From NCBI GenBank assembly GCA_964507445.1, contig CAZDQF010000017.1:28613-92612 (forward strand): a DNA stretch of 64,000 bases, given 5' to 3'. This DNA comes from an uncultured Isosphaeraceae bacterium (GTDB lineage: Bacteria; Planctomycetota; GCA-002687715). Shown in pieces: positions 1 to 9,788 of this stretch (position 1 is its first letter; every line of letters starts with the position of its first letter). The notes beneath the pieces were generated by a model. It had not been told where the DNA came from, searched no databases, and saw only the letters and a program-made list of their open reading frames with translations. Made by a program: the position numbers and the translations under genes.

Positions 1-488
1 GGTTCGGACCCGTACAGGCGTTCGACGCCGTGGACGGGGCAGAGGCCGGAGCACCACGCGCTCTTCCAGTCGAAGCGCGTTCCAAGGGTGGCGGACACGA
101 CGGCGACGATGATCAGCGTGACCGCCGTGCTGACGCCACTCGTGTCGAGGATGACGTGCCGCAGCGGAACGAGCAGGAAGAGGAGGATGACGCCGATGAG
201 GAAGAGCCGGCCCTGCAGCTTCGCCGAGGGCCGACGGCGATCGGAGATGCCCATGTGCCGCGCCGCGAGGGCCGTCGTCGCGAGGGGGCAGATGTTGCGC
301 CACAGACCGGGAGCGATGGCGAGGATCGCCGGGGCCGCGGGGATGAGGACGTTCCAGAACGCGTGCAGGCCGACCGTTGGCCAGGCAAGCAACAGGACCA
401 CGATCGCGAGGCCGACGAGCCAGACCGCTCCCTGAGCGGTCCTCCAGGCCCGGATGTTGGTGGTCGTCGTGGTGGCGTTCACGGACAT
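1..488 (-). CDS. N-terminal part (gene continues past window start) of a polytopic membrane protein with two TM-embedded C-x-x-CP motifs (WRNICPLAT, WCSGLCP), reminiscent of NapH/MauN/CcoG-type polyferredoxin membrane proteins
   Basis: ATG at 488-486 on the minus strand; the frame is open to position 1; the residues are hydrophobic with conserved Cys-Pro motifs. It is absent from the ORF track because no stop codon lies inside the window. Confidence 0.35.
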   Translation of the reverse strand, partial: MSVNATTTTTNIRAWRTAQGAVWLVGLAIVVLLLAWPTVGLHAFWNVLIPAAPAILAIAPGLWRNICPLATTALAARHMGISDRRRPSAKLQGRLFLIGVILLFLLVPLRHVILDTSGVSTAVTLIIVAVVSATLGTRFDWKSAWCSGLCPVHGVERLYGSE

Positions 489-778
489 GTCCTCGCAAGC
501 AAGTCGTATGCCGTCATTGGAGATTCCACCCGGATCGGGCGTGAGGGAGCCCCCCGTTCGATGCGTGGCACGGTCGGTCGATCATGAACATCCACGACTC
601 CCATACGCACCTGTTCTCCAGACCGTTCTTCGACGCTCTGGCCGCTCTCTCTGCTTCGGGAGGGGATTCTCCCGAGTTGCTCGCGGAGGTCTCTGCGAAA
701 GGGGGGTGGAGGTGCCTGGCCCCGATCGCGGTCCCCGCCCGGCGATCCTGCAGACACAGACGGCGGGTAGGCGGTTGC

Positions 779-863
779 AATCCCCTGCGCATCGATCCCC
801 TGCGTGTTAATCCCCTGCGTGTTAATCCCCTGCGCGTTGGTCACCTGTGCATTAATCCCCGCC
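779..863. repeat. About 5.5 copies of a degenerate 15-bp direct tandem repeat (atcccctgcgtgtta) in the region upstream of the FG-GAP lipoprotein gene
   Basis: Read directly from the sequence: units at 779-794, 795-809, 810-824, 825-839, 840-854 and 855-863, with 1-4 mismatches per unit. Confidence 0.7.
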
Positions 864-1023
864 GACCGGGCAGGATCAGCGGGCTTCTTGTGGGCCCGCC
901 GCGGGTCTCGCGGGGACACGGAAACAGACGCACCCAGGGAGGGCGGGAAGACCGCCCCCGTCGCGATAGAATCAACGCGTCCCCGCCATGCCCCGGTCCG
1001 GCCCGACGCCGGCGAGGAACTTC

Positions 1024-2742
1024 ATGCGACCTGTCATCGCCACGACCATCGCGGCAACGATCCTCCTCATGCTGCTCGGAGCCTGCTGCGACGCCGAACC
1101 CGATTCGACGTCGGCGACGCCGACCGGCCCCGTCACGTACGAGGACGCGACCACCGCAGCCGGGATCGCGTTCCAGCACTTCAATGCCATCCGGGCATCG
1201 GTCCTTCCCGAAGACATGGGATCGGGAGCTGCCTGGGGAGACGTCGACGGCGACGGCGACGAGGACCTCTATCTCCTCAACTACGCCGGCCCGCTGCTCG
1301 CGCCGATGGAGACCATCAAGAAGCGCAAGGGCAACGAGTTCTTCCGCAATCAGGGCGACGGGACGTTCGTGAACGCGACGGCCGACGTCGGCCTCGCCCG
1401 CAGCGCCCGCGACGCCGCCGCGTTGTTCGCCGACCTCGACCGCGACGGCGACCAGGATCTGGTCGTCACCGGGATGGACGGCTGCATGCTGTACAGGAAC
1501 GACGCCGGCAAGTTCACCGACGTCACGGCGGGCTCCGGCATCGATCGGGTCTCAGGGATGGCGCTCGGCCCGGCCCTGGGCGACTTCGACCTCGACGGCG
1601 ACCTCGATCTCTACATCCCCTGCTACGTCACCTTCCCGACGGAGAAGGCGCGCGACCGCCGCCTCGTCGGAGGGCGTCCCGAACCGTGGACGACGCCGGC
1701 GAGCTATCCCGCCCAACCGAACGTCCTGCTGCGCAATGACGGCGCGCTGAGATTCGTCGACGTCACCAAACAGGCCGGCGTCGAGAACGGCAACGGTCGC
1801 AGCATGCAGGCCGTCTTCGTCGACCTCGACGGTGACCGCTACCCCGAGCTCTTCGTCGGCAATGACCAGTCACCGGACATCCTCTTCTCGAACCGGGGCG
1901 ACGGCACGTTCGAGGACGTGAGCCTCGCTTGCGGCCTGTGGGACCCGCGCGCCAGCATGGGCGTGGCCGTCGGCGACATCGACGGCGATCGCGACGTCGA
2001 CCTTCATCTCACGCACTTCGTGCAGGAGCCTCCTGCGCTCATGCGCAACGACTCGCGCAAGGCGACGGCGGACGAGCCCGGTCACCTCCTGTTCCGGGAC
2101 GTCGCCGAGCAGAGCAGTCTGCTGGCGGCGTGGTACCGCAGCCTGGTCGGCTGGGCGACGGCGCTGCAGGATCTCGACAACGACGGCGACGTCGACCTGA
2201 TCGCGTTCCACGGCAGCACCATCGAGGACGAGCTCACGCAGGAGGTCTTCACCGACCCGAAGCTCCTGCCGCAGCACCCCCTGATCCTCACCAACGATGG
2301 CAAGGGTAACCTGACCGACGTCCGCGCGGGTGCCGGGCCTTTCTTCGAGGAGCTCATGGTCGTCCGCGGCGGCGCCTTCGCCGACTACGACCAGGACGGA
2401 CGCCTCGACGTGGTCGTCAACGTCCACGCGGGGCGCGCCCGGCTGCTTCGAAACACGTCTGGCAACGAGCACGGCTGGCTACGGGTGAAGCTCGTCGGCA
2501 CCAGGTCGAACCCGGACGGGGTCGGCGCCGTCGTCGAGCTCGAGCTCGACGATGGGCGCATCCTGCATCGACAGATCGTCTGCGGGTCGAGCTACCTCGC
2601 GGGTGACTCCCTTGTCGCCGCGTTCGGGACGGGCGCAGCCGCACCGAAGACTCTATCCGTCACCTGGCCGGTGACCGGTCACACCCAGGTCGTCGAAGCG
2701 CCGGAGCCAAACCGCACGATGACCGTCAGGGAGCCTGAATGA
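1024..2742 (+). CDS. CRTAC1/ASPIC-UnbV family FG-GAP (VCBS) repeat lipoprotein
   Basis: Lipobox LLGAC; repeated DxDGDGdxDL FG-GAP/VCBS motifs (DVDGDGDEDLYL, DLDRDGDQDLVV, DLDGDLDLYI, DIDGDRDVDLHL, DLDNDGDVDLIA); C-terminal UnbV-like region (RVKLVGTRSNPDGVGAVVELE). The ORF opens at 988; ATG at 1024 precedes the signal peptide. The stop overlaps the next gene's ATG (ATGA at 2739-2742). Confidence 0.85.
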   Translation: MRPVIATTIAATILLMLLGACCDAEPDSTSATPTGPVTYEDATTAAGIAFQHFNAIRASVLPEDMGSGAAWGDVDGDGDEDLYLLNYAGPLLAPMETIKKRKGNEFFRNQGDGTFVNATADVGLARSARDAAALFADLDRDGDQDLVVTGMDGCMLYRNDAGKFTDVTAGSGIDRVSGMALGPALGDFDLDGDLDLYIPCYVTFPTEKARDRRLVGGRPEPWTTPASYPAQPNVLLRNDGALRFVDVTKQAGVENGNGRSMQAVFVDLDGDRYPELFVGNDQSPDILFSNRGDGTFEDVSLACGLWDPRASMGVAVGDIDGDRDVDLHLTHFVQEPPALMRNDSRKATADEPGHLLFRDVAEQSSLLAAWYRSLVGWATALQDLDNDGDVDLIAFHGSTIEDELTQEVFTDPKLLPQHPLILTNDGKGNLTDVRAGAGPFFEELMVVRGGAFADYDQDGRLDVVVNVHAGRARLLRNTSGNEHGWLRVKLVGTRSNPDGVGAVVELELDDGRILHRQIVCGSSYLAGDSLVAAFGTGAAAPKTLSVTWPVTGHTQVVEAPEPNRTMTVREPE

Positions 2743-3392
2743 TGAAGTCACTCACGACCTCGATCCTCGTCCTCGCCATGGCGTTCGCCTTCGCCGCTTG
2801 CGGCGAGGACGCGCCCGAACAGACCGACCACGAAGCGTCGCACGAGACCGCCCACGGTGATCGGAGCCCAACCGGCGGCAAGCTCGAAACCGATCCGATC
2901 CCGTACCGGGCCAAGGGATCGAAGCCGGCGCTCACCAAGCCCGAGTTCCGGGCGGCTGACGACGTCCCGCTCCCTGACGGGCTGAACGTCATCGGCGTCG
3001 TCATCAACGGCGAGGCCAAGGCCTACCCCACGTTCATCCTCAACCAACATCAGGTCGTGAACGACTGGCTCGGGGGCGTGCCCATCGCCCCCTCCTGGTG
3101 AAGCAGCGAGCAGACGGTCATGGTTCATGACCGACGCGTGGGCGAGAAGGTCCTCGAGCTCGAGATGTCCGGCGAGGTCAAGCTCGGCAACCTCATCATG
3201 TACGACAAGACCACCGACACCCGCTGGCTCCAGATGAACGGCGAGGCCCTTCGCGGCCCGATGAAGGGCGAGGCACTGAAGGCGCTCGAAGACGCCCAGG
3301 TCGAGAAGGCGATCTCGTGGAAGAAGTGGCAGGAGCGCCACCCCAAGACGCAGGTCCTCTGGTGCGGACACTGCTTCAACGAGGGTAAGTAG
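2739..3392 (+). CDS. DUF3179-family lipoprotein interrupted by one in-frame TGA (3099-3101); candidate selenoprotein or nonsense pseudogene
   Basis: ORFs 2739..3101 and 3120..3392 are in the same frame and are separated only by the TGA. The combined product (lipobox FAAC; ...VIGVVINGEAKAYP...VVNDWLGGVPIAPSW[TGA]SSEQTVMVHDRRV...LGNLIMYDKTTDTRWLQ...RHPKTQVLW) matches the DUF3179 family as I recall it. The TGA falls where I recall a conserved Cys. Confidence 0.6.
3116..3132 (+). other. Hairpin ggtcatg-gtt-catgacc, 15 nt downstream of the in-frame TGA, with a G/U-containing apical loop 22-24 nt after the A of the TGA; candidate bacterial SECIS-like element
   Basis: A perfect 7-bp stem read from the sequence. 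The position and the GU apical loop are compatible with a bacterial SECIS, but it is not diagnostic. Confidence 0.25.
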
Positions 3393-3580
3393 ACGGCAGC
3401 AACCAGTCCCCGGCCGGCGACGTCTACTCCCCCGCCGACAGCAGCTTCAGCACCGCCTCCCCCAGCGCCTCCCGAAGACCGGAAACGCCGCCCCATCATC
3501 ACGGTACGACGCCACCAGAGACGTCCATGCCAGATCCGTCGCCTTTGCATCAACGCCGCTGAACACACGACGGCGAACGG

Positions 3581-3830
3581 ATGCCAGCGTTCATCGTCCG
3601 CCTCGTGAACCTGTTCCGCGCCTTCGCAGCCGACGGTGCCCGCATCGCCCTGGAGAACGTCGCTCTCCGGCGGCAGTTGCTCGTCCTGAAGCGCTCGGCC
3701 TAGCGCTCACGCATCAACGAGAGCCGCCGCACCTTCCGGATCTTGATGCGCCGGACGCTCGGCGATTGGAAGGAGTCCCTGCACGTCGTCAAGCCAGGGA
3801 CCGTCATCAGATGCGACTCGATCGAAGATC
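3581..3830 (+). pseudogene. N-terminal fragment of an integrase-type (rve-family) IS transposase, with an in-frame TAG at 3701
   Basis: MPAFIVRLVNLFRAFAADGARIALENVALRRQLLVLKRSA* then ...GDWKESLHVVKPGTVIR. These motifs resemble transposase N-termini (…LEAENLALRQQLAVLQR… and …WRDALVIVKPETVIRWHR…). No catalytic domain follows. Confidence 0.4.
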
Positions 3831-3863
3831 GGCGTCCGTCCGGACGGAGTCAGCGTCACGGTC

Positions 3864-4038
3864 TACCGTCGGGCAATCCGCACGATGGCCCTGCGGATGG
3901 GGTCTTCGGGACCCCTGCACGCCACCATCCTGCACATCCTGGGGCTGGATCACACCCAGGTGACCTGGGTCCAGAACGGCAGCGAACGTCGGCTCACCGA
4001 CGTCCACGGCCACGTCATCACCGACGTGCTGGCCTGAG
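3864..4038 (+). pseudogene. Orphan C-terminal fragment (about 57 codons) of a DUF1501-family gene
   Basis: Translation YRRAIRTMALRMGSSGPLHATILHILGLDHTQVTWVQNGSERRLTDVHGHVITDVLA* parallels the C-terminus of the intact DUF1501 gene at 59921..61300 (…[44 protein letters not shown]). No upstream body is present. Confidence 0.5.
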
Positions 4039-4040
4039 CC

Positions 4041-5666
<1,626 letters not shown>

Positions 5667-5763
5667 GGCATGAACTCCGGTTGAAGCGTGATCCTAACGC
5701 CTGAGCGCGCCCCCGACCGCCCCTCCGGTTGACAGTTGCTCCCCGAGGCGCACAGTCAGCCCC

Positions 5764-6744
5764 ATGAGCGGGCAAAACGCGGACCTGACAGCGGAGGTGC
5801 GGGCGGCGGAGGAGCGCGTCCGGCCCTACGTCCGGGAGACTCCCCTGGAACGCTCCATCCCCCTCTCCGCCCTCGGCGGCGGCGAGGTGTGGCTCAAGAT
5901 GGAGAACCTGCAGCTCACCGGGTCCTTCAAGCTGCGCGGGGCGCTGAACAAGCTGCGCTCCCTGTCCGCGGACGAGCGCTCCCGTGGCGTGGTGGCGGCG
6001 TCGTCCGGCAACCACGGCCTCGGGGTGGCCCGAGGCTGCTCCGAGCTCGAGACCGAGGGGGTGATCTATGTCCCGGAAGACGCCTCCCCCTCCAAGCTGG
6101 ACTTGATCCGCGGCTACGGCGCCAAGGTGGAGATCCACGGCAGCGACTGCATCGAGTCCGAGGCGGAGGCACGGCGGGTGTCGTCGGAGACCGGCGCCGC
6201 CTACGTCTCCCCCTACAACGACGTGACGGTGCTGGCGGGACAGGGGACCATCGGCGTGGAGATCTGTCGGCAAGTGGACCACGCGGACGCCGTGTTCGTG
6301 TCCGTGGGCGGCGGCGGCCTGATCTCCGGCGTGGGCACCTGGATCAAGCACGCATGGCCCGACGCCGAGGTGGTCGCCTGCTCGCCAGCGGCCTCGTGCG
6401 TCATGCACAGTTCGCTCGAGGCGGGTCGCATGCTGGACCTCCCCTCCGATCCGACCCTGTCGGACGGCACGGCCGGCGGCGTGGAGGAAGACACGGTGAC
6501 CTTCCCCATCTGCCAGCGGGTGGTGGACCGGTCGGTGCTGGTGACGGAGGCGGAGATCGGAGACGCCATGCGCTCGGTCATCGAGGGGCACCACGTGCTG
6601 ATCGAAGGCGCCGCCGGCGTCGCCGTCGCGGCCTGGATGAAGGAACGTGACCGATACGAGGGCAAGCGCGTGGTCATCGTCCTCTGCGGCGCCAACATCG
6701 GCACCAAGATCCTGGCGCGGGTGCTGGCGGGAGAGAACGGGTGA
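5764..6744 (+). CDS. PLP-dependent threonine/serine dehydratase-like enzyme (fold type II)
   Basis: PLP-lysine motif LKMENLQLTGSFKLRGALNKL, SSGNHG, and a Gly-rich loop SVGGGGLISG. Confidence 0.8.
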   Translation: MSGQNADLTAEVRAAEERVRPYVRETPLERSIPLSALGGGEVWLKMENLQLTGSFKLRGALNKLRSLSADERSRGVVAASSGNHGLGVARGCSELETEGVIYVPEDASPSKLDLIRGYGAKVEIHGSDCIESEAEARRVSSETGAAYVSPYNDVTVLAGQGTIGVEICRQVDHADAVFVSVGGGGLISGVGTWIKHAWPDAEVVACSPAASCVMHSSLEAGRMLDLPSDPTLSDGTAGGVEEDTVTFPICQRVVDRSVLVTEAEIGDAMRSVIEGHHVLIEGAAGVAVAAWMKERDRYEGKRVVIVLCGANIGTKILARVLAGENG

Positions 6745-7673
6745 GGATCGTCCAGCGCGAGGACATGGACGGGGTGCTGGCGCGGCTGGACGTGGTGGGC
6801 GCCATGGAGGAGGCGTTCGTCGCCTACTCGGCGGGACGGTGCGTGGTGCCTCCCCCCGGAGAGCTCACCTTCGCCGACCCTCCCGGTGACGTCCACATCA
6901 AGTACGGCTATGTGAAGGGTGACGAACACTACGTGGTCAAGGTGGCCTCCGGGTTCTATGACAACCCGACCCTGGGCCTGTCCTCCTGCGACGGCCTCAT
7001 GCTGGTGTTCGCGCAACGGACCGGCGCCCTGGAGGCCATCCTCCTGGACGGCGGGCACCTCACGGACGTGCGCACCGCCGCGGCGGGGGCCGTATGCGCA
7101 CGGCACCTGGCGCCGCCGGCGCGACGCATCGGCGTGTTCGGCACGGGCATCCAGGGCCGGCGCCAGCTGGAGCTCCTGCGGAACGAGACCACCTGCCGCG
7201 ACGTCATGGCCTGGGGCCGGGACGCGGAGCGGCTCGCAGCCTACGCCGCGGACCTCGGCGCCCTCGGCTTCCGGGTCGAGACCTGTCCGGACCCGGACAC
7301 CATCACGTCGTCCTGCAACCTCATCGTCACCTGCACCCCGGCCACGGACCCGCTGATCCGGGCGGCGGCGGTGCAGCGCGGCACCCACATCACCGCCGTG
7401 GGCTCCGACACCCCCACCAAGCAGGAGCTGGAGGGCGCGGTCATCGAAGGCGCGGACGTGGTGGTGGCGGACAGCGTCTCCCAGTGCGAGACCCGCGGCG
7501 AGATCCATCACGCCACGCGGGCCGGCGGCGTCGTGGAGCTGGGCGCGGTCATCAACGGCGACGCGCCGGGGCGCACGTCCGACGACCAGATCACGGTCGC
7601 GGACCTGACCGGCGTGGCGGTGCAGGACGTGGCCATCGCCGCGGCGGTGCTGGGGGGACTGGACGGGCCGTGA
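6741..7673 (+). CDS. Ornithine cyclodeaminase / mu-crystallin family NAD(P)-dependent enzyme
   Basis: The family-typical N-terminus (MRIVQREDMDGVLARLDVVGAMEEAF) and a Rossmann motif GVFGTGIQGRRQLE. The GTG start overlaps the upstream stop (GTGA), so the genes are translationally coupled. Confidence 0.8.
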   Translation: MRIVQREDMDGVLARLDVVGAMEEAFVAYSAGRCVVPPPGELTFADPPGDVHIKYGYVKGDEHYVVKVASGFYDNPTLGLSSCDGLMLVFAQRTGALEAILLDGGHLTDVRTAAAGAVCARHLAPPARRIGVFGTGIQGRRQLELLRNETTCRDVMAWGRDAERLAAYAADLGALGFRVETCPDPDTITSSCNLIVTCTPATDPLIRAAAVQRGTHITAVGSDTPTKQELEGAVIEGADVVVADSVSQCETRGEIHHATRAGGVVELGAVINGDAPGRTSDDQITVADLTGVAVQDVAIAAAVLGGLDGP

Positions 7674-7764
7674 TCACGCGGCGCGTTGACAACGTCGCCG
7701 CCTCGGGCTTCCCTGAGGCCCGCGGCCAGGCCTCCATCTCCGGGATCGGGCCGCGCTGATCACC

Positions 7765-8373
7765 ATGGGCGCCATCCTCGCCGAGTTCATCTTCTTCTTC
7801 GCGGTCATCGACCCTGTCGGGACCGTGCCGGTGTTCATCTCCATCACGCGACAACACACCGCGGAGGAGAAGAAGCGGATCGCCGTCCGCGCCATCCTCA
7901 TCGCCGCCGCCGTGCTCCTGTTCTTCGTGGTGGTGGGAGAGATGCTCTTGAACGCCATGGCCATCGAGCTGGCGGCGTTCGAGATCGCCGGTGGCATCGT
8001 CCTGTTCCTGTTCGCGCTCTCCATGATCTTCGGGGACAGCAAGCCGGACGAGGAGCTGAAGATGGCCAAGCACTGGGGAGAGACCGCCGCCTTCCCGCTG
8101 GCCATCCCGTCCATCGCCGGCCCCGGCGCCATGCTGGCTGCGGTGCTGCTGACGGAGAACGACACCCACGGCTTCGGTGATCAGCTGCTGACCAGCGTGA
8201 TCATGCTCTCGGTGCTCGGGCTGGCCCTCGTGTCCATGCTCGCCGCCGGCTGGATCGGACGGGTCATCGGCAACAGCGGCGCCATCATCGTCAGCCGCGT
8301 CATGGGCCTGATCCTCGCCTCCGTCGCGGTGAACAGCGCCCTGGAGGGGATCAAGACCTACTTCGAGTTGTAG
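7765..8373 (+). CDS. MarC-family (UPF0056) integral membrane protein
   Basis: A 202-aa, 6-TM protein with the characteristic FFAVIDPVGTVPVF motif. Confidence 0.8.
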   Translation: MGAILAEFIFFFAVIDPVGTVPVFISITRQHTAEEKKRIAVRAILIAAAVLLFFVVVGEMLLNAMAIELAAFEIAGGIVLFLFALSMIFGDSKPDEELKMAKHWGETAAFPLAIPSIAGPGAMLAAVLLTENDTHGFGDQLLTSVIMLSVLGLALVSMLAAGWIGRVIGNSGAIIVSRVMGLILASVAVNSALEGIKTYFEL

Positions 8374-8386
8374 GGCCGAGGGCCCA

Positions 8387-9535
8387 TCACTCCGCGAGCG
8401 CAGCGGCCGTCCGCGCCAGACCGTCCAGCAGCTCCTCCGTGTGGGAGCCGAAGCCGATCCTCAGGTAGCGGTCCATGCCGTAGTGGTCTCCGGGCACCAG
8501 CAGCACGCCGTGCTCCGCCCGCATGCGCTCGCACAGCTCCGAGGAGTTCACGTCGTGGGTGTAGCGCAGCCAGAGCATGGCCCCCGCCGCCGGCTTGATG
8601 TGGGTGAGGGCCCCGCCGTGGGCATGAAGCCACTCCGCCATGACCGGGTAGTTCTCCCGCACGATGCCGCGGGTGCGCGCCAGGATGCGGGCCCGCTGAC
8701 CGGGCTCGAGGGCGTGGGCGGCCAGCCGGTCGGACAGGGCCGACGGGGCGATGGTGGTGTAGTCGTGGCGGGTCCAGCAGTCGTCCACCACGTCCGGCGG
8801 ACCGACGATCCAGCCGATGCGCAGCCCCGGTAATCCGTAGGCCTTGGACAGGCCGGAGGTGATGACCACGCGCTCGGACCTCCCCCACATGGAGGGGGTC
8901 TCCTCGTCCGTGTCGATCTCGGCGCCGCGGTAGATCTCGTCCGCGAGCACGTAAGCGCCGACCCGATCCGCCGCCGCTCCGATGGCGTCCAGCTCCTCCG
9001 CCGTGAGGCAGGAGCCGGTGGGGTTGTTGGGGTTGCAGATGGCGATGACCTTGGTGTCCTCGGTCACCAGCTCCTTCAACGCATCCATGTCCGGACGCCA
9101 GCGGCCCTGCTCCTCGTCCTCGATGAGGTTCCAGGCCACGGTCTCCGCGCCGTAGGCGCGACCGAGCCCCCAGACCTGCATGTAGTTGGGCAGCATCACC
9201 ACCATGCGGTCCCCCGGCTCCAGCAGGGTCCAGCACAGCACCTGGTTGGCCTCGGCGCCGCCGGTGGTGATCTCAACGTTCTCCGCCGTGGTGCCCGGAT
9301 ACAGGGCCGCCACCCGCTCCCGCAGAGCAGGTGTCCCGTTGGTCTCGATGTAGCGCAGCTGCATGTCGAGGACCGCGGACTCCAGCTCCGGGTTCCCCTC
9401 CACCAGCTCCCGCACGGTCAGGGGCTCGACCCCGCTCTCCGACAGGTTCACGTCCACGCGGTTCTCCCACGTGGACTGCCAGCGTTCCATCAAGAAGGGT
9501 TCAAATGGCATGAGGACGACCCCTTGCAAGGGCAC
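8387..9535 (-). CDS. Class I/II pyridoxal-phosphate aminotransferase (aspartate/aromatic aminotransferase-like)
   Basis: …ICNPNNPTG…, and SGLSKAYGLPGLRIGW with the PLP-lysine. Alternative ATG starts at 9511 and 9490. Confidence 0.8.
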   Translation of the reverse strand: MPLQGVVLMPFEPFLMERWQSTWENRVDVNLSESGVEPLTVRELVEGNPELESAVLDMQLRYIETNGTPALRERVAALYPGTTAENVEITTGGAEANQVLCWTLLEPGDRMVVMLPNYMQVWGLGRAYGAETVAWNLIEDEEQGRWRPDMDALKELVTEDTKVIAICNPNNPTGSCLTAEELDAIGAAADRVGAYVLADEIYRGAEIDTDEETPSMWGRSERVVITSGLSKAYGLPGLRIGWIVGPPDVVDDCWTRHDYTTIAPSALSDRLAAHALEPGQRARILARTRGIVRENYPVMAEWLHAHGGALTHIKPAAGAMLWLRYTHDVNSSELCERMRAEHGVLLVPGDHYGMDRYLRIGFGSHTEELLDGLARTAAALAE

Positions 9536-9711
9536 AGGAGAGGAGAATGACGCGCCCGTGGCGCGGCCCAGGCGCCACGCTACCTCAGGACCGATCCCGC
9601 AACCATGGACGTTCGGCCCGACCCCCGACGGACTCCACCCAAGACACGGTAGCCCCGCGCTCAGGCTACCAGCGCCAGCTCAGCGGCCAGGCGAGGGCGT
9701 CCCCTCCGCTT

Positions 9712-9737
9712 CGGGACGATCTCGGAGGATCGTCCCG
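9712..9737. promoter_or_regulatory. Perfect 10-bp inverted repeat cgggacgatc-N6-gatcgtcccg in the divergent intergenic region between the aminotransferase gene and the 593-aa lipoprotein gene; candidate operator
   Basis: Read directly from the sequence. It lies 50-75 bp upstream of the plus-strand gene start at 9789. Confidence 0.3.
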
Positions 9738-9788
9738 GGTCTTGCACTAAACTAAGGGGGGCTGGAGCACGCATTCCGCTGGAGGTCG

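Noticed and set aside
584-1739. ORFs 584..1372 (+, 262 aa) and 804..1739 (+, 311 aa) upstream of or overlapping the FG-GAP gene
   Set aside because: They are R/P/G-rich low-complexity translations that cross the tandem-repeat intergenic region and the real gene in other frames. They have no start context and no domain.
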